Positions 23,307-34,509 of a stretch of DNA of 40,961 bases are shown here, piece after piece. The stretch comes from Macrostomum lignano (Eukaryota). Numbering within the stretch: the first letter of the stretch is position 1; each line of letters starts with the position of its first letter. Location: positions 1-40,961 of the forward strand of contig NIVC01004599.1 in NCBI GenBank assembly GCA_002269645.1. Reading direction: 5' to 3'. The notes below the pieces were generated by a model that saw nothing but the letters and a program-made list of their open reading frames with translations, was not told where the DNA came from and did no database searches. The position numbers and the translations under genes were made by a program.

Positions 23307-23858
23307 TCACAGAATCCTAGCATCGGCTACATCATTGGGCACTTTAATAACCCAATCCTGCATGTCCGGAGTGACAACAATCTGACAGCCCAGTCTGGAT
23401 GTGTCGCTCAATTCGTAGGCCATGTCCAGCATATCCTGCTCCTCTTCCGTCACCTTATTAGGCAGCGAGTCGTAATTAGCTTTGTCAAATATGAGATGAC
23501 AGGTGGAACAGCTGAGAGTGCCGCCGCAGGCGCCGAATCCGTCAATATCGACATTCTGATCGATAATTATGTCTAGCAGGTTGTCGCCAACTCGACAATC
23601 GACGCGAACTTTTGACCCGTCGCGTAGTATAAAATATATTGGAACAAAATCTGGCTGGTACTTCTGTTTGCTGCTAGTAGTAGCCGAAGCAGAATTATTA
23701 CCAGACATATTTACGGTTGACAGCCATCGGTTGCGTTGACATTGATTGACGCGACAATTCACAACTGATGCAAAACGTGGCGCACTGGAAAAGCCACTGG
23801 CAGCTGTGGCCGACACCAGTCGGCTAATGGTGCGGAGACAATTCATGAAAGTTAACAT
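23307..23858 (-). CDS. FDX1: Mitochondrial 2Fe-2S ferredoxin (adrenodoxin/FDX1-like), intronless, 183 aa with an N-terminal targeting-like peptide
   Basis: GDNLLDIII, GFGACGGTLSCSTCHLIF, EEEQDMLDMAYELSDTSRLGCQI; all four cluster-binding Cys are present; Arg/Ser-rich N-terminus. Confidence 0.93.
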   Translation of the reverse strand: MLTFMNCLRTISRLVSATAASGFSSAPRFASVVNCRVNQCQRNRWLSTVNMSGNNSASATTSSKQKYQPDFVPIYFILRDGSKVRVDCRVGDNLLDIIIDQNVDIDGFGACGGTLSCSTCHLIFDKANYDSLPNKVTEEEQDMLDMAYELSDTSRLGCQIVVTPDMQDWVIKVPNDVADARIL

Positions 23859-24146
23859 TAATTAAATTACTTTGTAAAGCATTATCTGTATTTCAATACT
23901 ATTGAGCTGTTGCATAACTGAAAAATGATTAAAATGTATTTTTTATCAAACTTCCAATCTCACTTAAATATTCACAAAAATTTTGATCTTGTCCAACCTC
24001 TACTGTGCATCTGCATCATTTAGGCACAAAAACCCAAGTGAGCCATTCCTCTAGAATCTCTCTATTGTTATTGACAGTGTATATTTCTAAAACCTTTCAT
24101 CCAGGATTGATTGCATTGGCATTGAGACTGAACGGAAATAAAAGAT

Positions 24147-24485
24147 AAATGGTTCCAGAAAGTTGCGTTTCACCTGATTCTCACACTTGTACAAAACTCC
24201 TGGACACTATCCAAGAAATGTGGTGGGACAGCCAAATTTTTAACTTTCCTAGAAAATAGCATCAAGACGCTGATCTGCGACTTAGGACTGGGATGCGCTT
24301 GGCTACCGACTCAGGTTCAAACCCCTATGCAGGCTAACCGTCCAACTCATTCACCAATGAGACTCCCAGCAATAGAAGCCCAGGCTTGCCCAAGCAAACG
24401 ATGCAAAATGTGCTCTTTAAAACCTGAAATTCCAGCTAAGAATACAGTATTTTGCTGCAGCCAATGTCCCGGAAATCCTGATTAA
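24147..24485 (+). mobile_element. piggyBac transposase relic (C-terminal part including the Cys-rich domain)
   Basis: Open frame KWFQKVAFHLILTLVQNSWTL...FLTFLENSIKTL...THSPMRLP...KRCKMC...KNTVFCCSQCPGNP, matching piggyBac KWYKKLFFHLL...NSYIL and the C-terminal CxxC...CxxC domain. The upstream part is stop-riddled. A possible GGG-TTAA terminus lies at 24905-24911. Confidence 0.8.
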
Positions 24486-25118
24486 TCTAGATAATTTCTT
24501 ATAACTTATTATGCTGTAGGTACTTTTTTAGAAATGTGTTTCCTAGGAGATAAAGACTTGGTTTGTTTGTATTCAGAACTCAGAACAATTACATGATTCT
24601 ATAATTTAGTGCAAAATCTGCATGAAATATGTTCAAAACAACCCACAATCTAATATTCAAGCATGGCAGCAAAAAATAACATTTTCAATAGCCAAAGGTT
24701 AATATTCTTAGAAAAATATATATATAGAAAGACAGTATATATAGAAAGCTCTAAGAGCATTAAGCACAAATTGTCTTTACAGAAATGCTATAAAATGGAT
24801 AAAGCATAAAAATGTTACTTGCTAAGCAATGCTAAAAAATATAGGCAATAGAAAATTTGCCATTTAGCAAGAAGTAAACATACAAGTTTCCCACAAATTT
24901 TGTAGGGTTAAAAGTTGAATGTACAATGAAGTTAGGGGGAATTCCCATTTTATGGGTGGTAATCTATTGGATGTACTAAAAACCCAGACATTACTCTTGT
25001 GACACTTTTTCCCATATATAAGTGATTTAAAAAATTAAAAATTCTAGTTTGTTAATATTCCAAATTTAGGTCTGTGATCTTTTTATCTAAGCTTTTGGAA
25101 TATTTTTAAAGTCTCATA

Positions 25119-25725
25119 ATGCAAGCTGCCTTAAGCCTGTCTGGCCATAGCAATTTTCAGGATAAATTGCAGGAGGATATAATTCTGATTGGTATCAATA
25201 CTCCATCATATATTTTTGTAGTGTTACCCACTAGTGGCAGCAAGAGCCTCTGCTACCACTTCCTGGCTATGCTAATGCTTGGGGTAATGCTAGTTATCTC
25301 ACCTCTTCTTAGCCTGATTGAGGATCAGCTGTGGAATCTGCCAAAGAGTATTAAGGCCTGCAGAATATTAGTGGCAAGTGCAGATCTGAGTTTTGCCTCA
25401 GCCTATACATTGGTATACTGCATACCAGAGAAGGCAGAATTGTTAGCTGAGACCCGAGCCTTCATTGCCCACCTTGTCAAGCTGCGCTAGCTTGTCTGCA
25501 TCATCCTAGATGAGGCACACTGCTTAAACAAATGGGACAATGACTTTAGGCTGGCCTACCTGAAGCTCAGAGGCCTCCGTGACAGCATGCCATTGGTGCC
25601 ATGGATGGTGCTAACTGCAACATTAACAACCACTGACTGCATCAACATTGCAAATTCCTTTAGATTATGTGATTTGGTTTTGTTTAGAAAAAGCACCCTG
25701 TGCTCTAATATCAGTCTTTGTATAT
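25119..25725 (+). pseudogene. RecQ-family helicase relic (motifs 0-III), RECQL5-like motif-0 spacing, in-frame TAG at 25488-25490
   Basis: GHSNFQDKLQED, VVLPTSGSKSLCY (decayed PTGGGKSLCY), VISPLLSLIEDQ, then past the stop IILDEAHCLNKWDNDFRLAY and MVLTAT in the same frame. Confidence 0.88.
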
Positions 25726-27556
25726 AACCAACCCAATTCTAGTCTTTGGCTACAATTTTGGATGTGCCAAAATATCTAATAGCTTCATCAATTGTGCCAA
25801 TCAATTGGAACAACCATCTTGGCGGAGACCATTTGCAAGGTAAGTCTAATTTCATTGTTCATAAAATATAAAAAAGTTTCTGTGTCTGCAATCATAAAAA
25901 TGAGTCAGAAAAAAGAATCCTGTGATTTACCATTCACACAATTTTACATTGTTAGCAAATTTACCCCCTTTTTAACAATAGACTTTAGCACTCACTTGAA
26001 TTTAGCTATCTTTAGCTATACCTTAGTTGCCTTTAGCTGCAATATTGTCTTGTTTTTTTTCTTTCCTTTCATTTTTTCTTTTTCTTCCTATTTTTTCTTT
26101 CTTTTTTACCTATTTTGTTTTCCCCTTTTGTCAATTTTTTTAGGTTAGCTTTTTTGCAATTTATCTTAGCTATACCTTTTGCCACCAAGTTGAATTGGCC
26201 AAGTTGGCCATTGCCAGATATTAAACATGTATGCCCAAGGCTTCTAATATTCTAAACTCTTTAAATATATAAACTTCTTAGTCTTTATTTCCTTTATTCC
26301 TATGCAGCATAATTTTTCCTTTTATTTGTCTTAAAAACTATATAAACAACATTATGAACTATATTAATACTTAACTTGACTTGTTCTAAATCTTTGTCTT
26401 TATATTAAAATGACTATTTGGTATTTAGATTATTAATTTTTCAATTACAATTTAAATTTAATATTTAATTACATTAGTTCAAAAATAAATATTCCAAATA
26501 TTTGTTTTAGCTTAGCTTTAATCAGAGCATTAGAAAGCACAAAACTATATTAGGTTTTAACACTGTAGAGATTACTTAACTTATACTTTAATATAAGCTA
26601 TGTTACTTTTTTGACTAAAGGTGGTATAGCTTATAAGCACTAAACAAGGCAAGAAAATAGGACTAGAAAGGCAAGATAAAGCAAGCAAGCAAGGTTAGAT
26701 AGATTTATATTTGTTTTGTATCCAATTTTAGGTTTCATATATATAATTTGCAATGTGATTTAAATAATATTTATTACTATATTATAAGATATTAACAATA
26801 AGCTTACCTAGTTTTTTAGTCAAAAGTAAACTTGTTAATAGGCAAATTTGACTTGTGAATTAAGGCACTTGTTATTTATATGGTACTGTATAAAAAGTAA
26901 TGTTATTATTTACATGGTAACTAAAAAAGACTAATTTTATTATCTTCTATATATTGTATAGTTTTTATAGCTATTTTCCAATTACATTTGACCACAAATC
27001 TATCCTTTTGAAAGCAAAGAAGTTATATTCTCATTTGTTTCTTTTGAAACACCTTTTATATATTGCATTAATTATAGTATGAGTAATACTATGAGCCAAT
27101 GAAAAATGCTAAGCTATAAACATATAAATCAAGCCTAAACTCTATCTATCTACTTGCTTTAGTTAGTTTAAACTCATTATGAAAATAAAATATATAAGGA
27201 CAAATATTGAGTAGTCTGTAATAGGCTAACTATTTATAAGGACAAGGTATTTATTTTAGTGGCAATCGTTAACTTAATTGTGTTAAATTATTTTTATGCT
27301 TTCATAAACTTCTTAGCCTATCTAATGATTGTCAAATGGCTAGGAGGCCTAGAACACTAATTACTATTATACCTAAGGCTGATTTGAAGTCTGTAGCCAA
27401 GCTTTATAATATCAATGTAATAATGCATAAGCTGGTACTATTTATGTTAGATGGCATGGCAACCATGCACTAGCTAGCCACTTTTAGGCTTGCGTACCAT
27501 GCCCAGATGCTTTAGCTATGCATCAATTATCTAATGCAATAAAATAAAATATACAT

Positions 27557-27709
27557 GCGCAACCTTGGGAATCACTTGGCCATTTCTATTGGCAACATAA
27601 ACATGTAAATTGCTATTGGCTGAGAGCAGTCATGCGACTACTATTCTGTCAAATAGTGACTTACATATGATTTACAATAGAAATGGCCAAGTGAATCCCA
27701 AGGTTGTGC
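27557..27709. repeat. Inverted repeat (35-bp arms), small MITE-like hairpin
   Basis: GCGCAACCTTGGGAATCACTTGGCCATTTCTATTG versus its reverse complement at 27675-27709 (2 mismatches); no TSD seen. Confidence 0.75.
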
Positions 27710-28239
27710 CCAAGCATTAAATAAAATATTGCTATTTCAGTTACTATGTAAATAACACTGGCAATATTTACATGGTACCATGCAAATAATCATTGTTATA
27801 AATTGAATATATTATTTTTTGTTAATATTTTGACTTTATATTTTCATTTTTTATTTATTTTTAAATTAATTACTTAATTAAATTAATTAACTTTTAAAAT
27901 ATATTTAAATAACTTTTGATAGAATATGAGACTATTTCAAAGCATAAAAAATCTAATGATTAGGGCATATTTGAGTTTGAGTTTTGAGAATTGGCATTTT
28001 AAGCATTGGGCCAAAAAGTTTTTGTTTCTAAATAATATTTTAAGCCTAAAGCATATGCCTATATACCATGTTCCTTAATATTGGGTACTGAGGCCTAACA
28101 CTAACACTAAGGCTAAGGTTTAAAATTAGAGATGGGAATATTCTTTAATTTGAAAGTAATAAAAGGCAGCTTTCCTGACAATATTGTGTCAATAATAGCA
28201 ATATAACCTTTTATAGCTAAATTATAATACATATAGGAA

Positions 28240-28925
28240 GTAACCGGTCATTTTGTCCATAAACTGTTTCTGCCATGGACATTTCACCCCTAGACCATTT
28301 TGCCCATATACTGTTTTGCCCACAAACTATTTCGGCCATGGACTATTTCGCCTCTAATTTGGACCAGGGTTGAAATGAACAAAGTCATGAGCTGAGAATA
28401 TGCGAGATGAGACATAAGTGTCAAAAGCACTGACAACCAATGATATGATTTATTATAAGCAAGGTTCAATAGTAGCCACCCCCACTCCAGGGGCTAAAAC
28501 ACCAACAATCCAAATATACTAAATCTCTAAGGTTTGTATGTCTATACCGCTCTAGTACAAATATTTCTGGCCTAATACCTAGCCTTATAACTTTTCAAAG
28601 GAATGACTTAAAAAACTTGTAATAATTCACAATCGTAATAAACAAAATTGCAATAATGCAATAACACAATTGTTTTGGCAACAATTCAGATCATATTTTG
28701 TTGAACATTAAAACTAAAAATTAGCATTGAAAAAAAGAAAATAAAGATACATGTACAGCTATATCTCTAGTTAATACATAATAGTACATTAATACCCATG
28801 CCTAAATTGGAGGCGAAACGGTCCATAGCCAAACTGGTTTATGGACAAAACAGACTATGGGCGAAATGGTCTAGGGGCGAAATGTCCATGGCTGAAACAG
28901 TTTGGGGGCGAAACAACTGGAATTC
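28240..28925. mobile_element. Non-autonomous foldback element with about 120-bp sub-repeated TIRs; Mutator-like
   Basis: Arms at about 28244-28362 and 28801-28920 are inverted (about 80% identical by eye) and built of TTTCGCCC sub-repeats. Flanking direct repeat ATATAGGAA (28231-28239, 28926-28934) is a 9-bp TSD; G...C termini. Confidence 0.78.
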
Positions 28926-28949
28926 ATATAGGAATGGGCCTGCTACTCT

Positions 28950-29041
28950 CTCTTAGCATGTGCCATGCCAACAACAATATAATGGCGCCTGCATTAAAAT
29001 GTTTTCAATAGTTAGGCATGGTGGATGGCACATGCTAAGAG
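28950..29041. repeat. Perfect 17-bp inverted repeat (small hairpin/MITE remnant)
   Basis: CTCTTAGCATGTGCCAT (28950-28966) / ATGGCACATGCTAAGAG (29025-29041). Confidence 0.7.
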
Positions 29042-29754
29042 TAATAGTCTGTAAACTTTAGGGCCTAGGGCCTTGGCCTATAACTAATAAATTGTTGATT
29101 CATAGGCCCCTATTCATAATTTTGCAGTGTTTGTATATAGTATTTAGGGTAATACGTCTAAAAGTCGAAAAAAACTTTTTTCTAATCGTCTTTATCAAGC
29201 GTCACGTCCATGATGAAATAAGACTGAGTCTCACAGTCTGAGATAAAAAATTAAAATAGAATCTGCCAATCTAAAGACGAAAGCAAATAATGAAGAATTA
29301 TCATCAAATTATGATGAATTAATAGCTTATTGTCATTCCAGTTGGGCCTGTAGCAGTAGCTGTAGCTCTGCCAGGAAACATAAACAAATGACACGTGATT
29401 CATGATAAACCGATTTGACTCAATCGTGCTGTTTTCGCTTTGTTATAGTCGCTAAGCTTCGTTCGCTTCTTGAATTAGTGCTGAAAGTTTATTAATATTT
29501 ACAACAAATATTCCGGCGATGTTCAAAATATATTGTAGCAAGATTTTAAATCTTTTTTTAATTTGCTTTTTTAGGTTTTAACACATAAAAAATTAAGCAA
29601 AACTTTAATCTTATATTTAGATTTATCTCAGCACCATAGTTAATGCAAATTTCAACTTGAATAAATACGTACAGTTTTATTGCTAGAGATTAGTGTGCTC
29701 CTCGTCGCAGCGAACTAATTCTTTATTCAGATATTACAACTTATATTTTTTCAA

Positions 29755-31701
29755 ATGGCAACGGCGCTTGCTCAGCAGCCCAATGAGGGCAATACATACA
29801 CCTTTTCGAGTCAGCCCAGAGCTGTTCCTAACCGACGAAAATACCGAGATCAGTTTGCACAGCAGTGAGTCAACCATCGAATGCTTGACTTTACTAATTA
29901 ATTTTTTTTCAACTGTAAACCATAGCGAGTTCTAGTAAAATCTAAGGTTTGATGCTTCAAAAATTAATAGCTAGAATTAATCCGCTGAATGCAGACAGTT
30001 TTTGTTCTTGGGAAAGTATTGCAACTGATATACTACGCTCGTATTTACTCTGCTTTTGCAACATTTGACGCCAAAAAACTAAAGCAACTGCATATAATCG
30101 AAAAAATAAGAAATTAAGTTACGTTTTTTATGCGAATAGTCATTTTATTATCTGGTAACCGGCTAACCGCTTCCTTTATTGAGGTTATTTTATTCGATAA
30201 TCAAGACAATTTTCACTATACTCGCGCAGGAACTCGGATGAGGTGCCGCATCACGGCAACTTGATGTACGACAGGCGAGTCATTCGGGCAACACCTACTC
30301 GCAGCATGTGCTGCCTGCAGTGGCGCAGCCCGATCCGGTGGAAATTCAACGCCAGCAGGAGATGCGAAGGCGCGCCATGGCTAGGAAGCGCGCACGCGAG
30401 CAGCTCCGACCAAAGTCGCCAGAAGCCGTCGAGGGCAGGAAGCACATTGACATCCAGACGGAGCTGTACCTAGAAGAGCTGGCGGACCGAATCGAGGAGG
30501 CCGACGTTCAATGCCAAACTGACGACTTCCTTGACAGGCCCCCGTCGCCGCTGTTTGTCCCAGCTAAAAGCGGTGAAGACAAGGAGACTCAGATCCTTGA
30601 CAACGAGGTAAAGATTTGGCGCAATATTTATTGCCTAATTTCTGACTTGCTACCAGAGTATCATCAACCATTGACCTCACTTCCCCCTCCCCCTGTTTCG
30701 ATGCAGCTGTTCAACTTCGACATCGAGGTCAAGCCCATCCTGGAGGTGCTAGTTGGCAAAACCATTGAGCAGTCACTGCTGGAGGTCTGCGGCGAAGAGG
30801 AGCTGGCCAACCTGCGGGCCCAGCAGCGCGCCTTCGAGGAGCTGCGCAACGCCGAGCTCGTCGAACAACAGCGACTGGAAGAGCAGGACAGGCGCCATCG
30901 CGAGGAGAAGGCGCGCCGTGTTCAACAACAGCGCGAGGTGCAAGAGAAAGAGCGCGAGACGGCGAACAAAATCGCGGCGCGAGCTTTCGCCCAGAGCTAC
31001 TTGGCCGACCTCGTGCCGTCGGTGTTCGGCACCCTGGCAGAGCACGGATATTTCTACGATCCCGTGGAGCGCGGTGAGTCACTTTTCCATCATCGTCACT
31101 TGGAATTGGTCATTTAGATTGGCAGAAGAACGTTCTTTACGTTAGATGAGGAGTTTCTACTCGTAACGGTCAGGCATGTCATGTTGTCTCGGCACATTCA
31201 CGTCACGTATTTTGACTCCGTGGACCTAAGGAGATAACAAGTGACATTTTCTCCTTGATCTGACCTCTTCTAGACGTGGAGAGCGGCTTCCTGCCCTGGC
31301 TGGTGGATGCTGTCAACACCGACATCGATTCCTCCGTGCGCGCCCGCGCCCTACTCGACGGCCTGCTGCGCGAGGTGATTCGCGACCGGCACACCGCCTA
31401 CCGCGCCCTGGAGACGCGAATCGAGCAGCAGCGCATGGCCGAGGAGGACCGGCGCGCCATGGTTGATCCATCAGCTGCCGCCGCCTCCGAGACTCAGTCG
31501 CAGCCGCGAGACGAAGACGAAAACGACGCGATGGCCAACCTGGAGGCGACCGGCGCGCCAGGCGATGCGCCTGATGCCGATGCCGACGATTCAGCGGCCG
31601 CTAAGGAGGCTGAGGATGCCGGCGATGCCGACGCCGAGGGCGAAGCCGACGGCGAGGGCGAGGCAGACGCCGACGGAGGCGACGGCGAGGACGAGAATTA
31701 A
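29755..31701 (+). CDS. RSPH3: Radial spoke head protein 3; exons 29755-29864, 30230-30607, 30707-31073, 31274-31701; about 427 aa after restoring one G at about 30286
   Basis: TYTFSSQPRAV, HGNLMYDRRVIR[G]NTY, TPEAVEGRKH-like SPEAVEGRKHIDIQTELYLEEL, FLDRPPSPLFVPAK, LFNFDIEVKPILEVLVGKTIEQSL, VESGFLPWL; canonical splice sites. Confidence 0.95.
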
Positions 31702-32302
31702 AAAAAGCGAGGATAAGAAACCTGATTTTTCTTGGTATTGAATATGAGACTAAAATTTATAGAACTATTAAATCCAACAAGTCCAAAAACACTCCGGCAA
31801 CTGTGTAATTTAATTTCCCGAAATGGTTCCTCTCCCGCTTTTTGTCCTTGATATTTATAATCGAAGTGAATATATCGGCTAAAGTTAAAATGATTATAGC
31901 ATCTCCGATCATGCTCTGCTGTTGCTTCTTTCTTTGATTTTTAACAAAGACGCGCAGTCTGAAGTGTCCCCGATTGCAGCAGGACCTACCAGATTTCCCA
32001 TTTCGACTTAACTCGTATCTTTTATATACCGTAAAGTGACCTCGTTAATTACGATGCTTAAAAAACAAAGCCGGGAAACTTCGGCTGTGCTTTTTGTACC
32101 TTCTTAAACAAGGACTTCAACTTGTGGTTGCTTACATATTATTCGTTGCTTATTTTCTATCCTTAATTGCTAACTTAACTTTTTTGGACACAAATATTTT
32201 TTGTTTCAAACTTTTGTTGCCTAACGCGCGTGCTGCCTTCGATTTGATGTCAGGATTTAATTAGTACCGGTTTCAGGCCGGGTATTTTTGGCACTATAGT
32301 GG

Positions 32303-32308
32303 AATAAA
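32303..32308 (+). terminator. Candidate polyadenylation signal for RSPH3
   Basis: AATAAA about 600 nt after the RSPH3 stop, followed by T/G-rich sequence; positional inference only. Confidence 0.3.
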
Positions 32309-32381
32309 ACTCTGCCACATAAGACACTACTGTTGAGTAGCATGTTTTGCCTGTTTAATTTCATTCTGTGTAATTTATATT

Positions 32382-33070
<689 letters not shown>

Positions 33071-33458
33071 TAAAAACGTTTCTTCTGACAATACATGTAG
33101 TTGCCAATAGCAATTTCTTGAAGTACAAAAATTGATATTTCAGCTAGTGGATCAATGCTATTTTATTTCATTCTCATTATATTGGTTTGTCTTTCAAGAG
33201 TAGCAGACACCTGTGCGAATTTTTCAGGCCTCTCGAAAGGCGAGCCCCCCTTTGCGGTAAAACTGAATTGCAACGGCTGCAGCTCTAAGACAGCTAGACC
33301 TGTGTGGGTGCAGGTGTGGTAGCTGAGAGAGGTGGAACTTCTGCTGATTGTTCAATAACTGGGAAGGTTGGTCGGGCAGTCTTGATCAGCTTTCAGTGCT
33401 CCAACACACGCATGCATTTATTCTCATTTCTTCTTGCCGCAAAGAATATGCGCTTTCG

Positions 33459-33754
33459 GAACCATGGAGTTCTAGAGAGTCATCTGGTCTGGAGTCTGGA
33501 ATGGAGACCTGTAGCGGCTGAACCATAGAGTTCTAGAGAGTCATCTGGTCTGGAGTCTGGCATGGAGACCTGTAGCGGCTGAACCATGGAGTTCTAGAGA
33601 GTCATCTGGTCTGGAGTCTGGCATGGAGACCTGTAGCGGCTGAACCATGGAGTTCTAGAGAGTCATCTGGTCTGGAGTCTGGAATGGAGACCTGTAGCGG
33701 CTGAACCATGGAGTTCTAGAGAGTCATCTGGTCTGGAGTCTGGAATGGAGACCT
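33459..33754. repeat. 61-bp tandem repeat, about 4.9 copies
   Basis: Unit starts at 33459, 33520, 33581, 33642 and 33703 (GAACCATGGAGTTCTAGAGAGTCATCTGGTCTGGAGTCTGG...). Confidence 0.95.
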
Positions 33755-34509
33755 GAACCAAGGAGTTGTAGGTGCAGAATCATCGGGAGTGGATAAAGAA
33801 GTTTGTAGACTCTCAGATATTTAATTAGTTATATTCCTTAAATGTGTTTCGACTCCAGACTCAAGACTCAACTGTCCTTGGCTCTGTAATCAGACGGGAC
33901 TTTCTTAACACCCCCAACTTTTCTCTCAAACTAAAATAGAGACAAAAATTGAAAAAAAGACTCAAAAAAGACGGGGGGTCAGTGTAGAGCAGATAAAATT
34001 GCCCAAGTGAAAATTCTCCCACTGCTGCTGCTGCTGCTCAGTGTCCCCCCCCCCAGTAAACGTCTGTCAGGTTTTTGTTTACTTTGCTTTTGCTTTCTGT
34101 CCTGTCCCCTGAGTCCCTATATGCTTAATCTGGCCCCTCTCGTTTTGAGAGGGGTGGGTATGATTCCCGCTAATTCGGTTTGCTTTTCTCCTCAATTTGG
34201 ACATAGAATTAGGGGTGCTGGGTCAGTGCGATCACACAGTTCCCTCTGTTGCAGATTCTTATGGTTCCTTCTGGTCTGTCTAGGTAGGCATTTCTGAGAA
34301 TCTTTTCGAAAGAGGATCCTTTTTAAACGGCTTTGTGTGTGTTTGTGTGTGCGTTTCTTGGAAAAGTCTTTGTGGACCGGTGAGATGACAGGCCTTCTGG
34401 ATTCCACTTGAATATAAACTGCTTTCTTCACAAAGACCAGTGATCTTAGTTGTAAATGTTTTTAATTTTGCTTCTCGCTCGTCTCTGCCGTTGCTTGCAA
34501 TGACGTTTG

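Noticed and set aside
25792-26148. 118-aa Phe-rich ORF
   Set aside because: T-rich low-complexity sequence with a GTG start and no homology; not considered coding.
26887-27762. Possible TIR pair (TGTTATT..TTACATGGTAACT / AGTTACTATGTAAATAACA)
   Set aside because: Short, AT-rich and gapped, with no TSD; could be chance.
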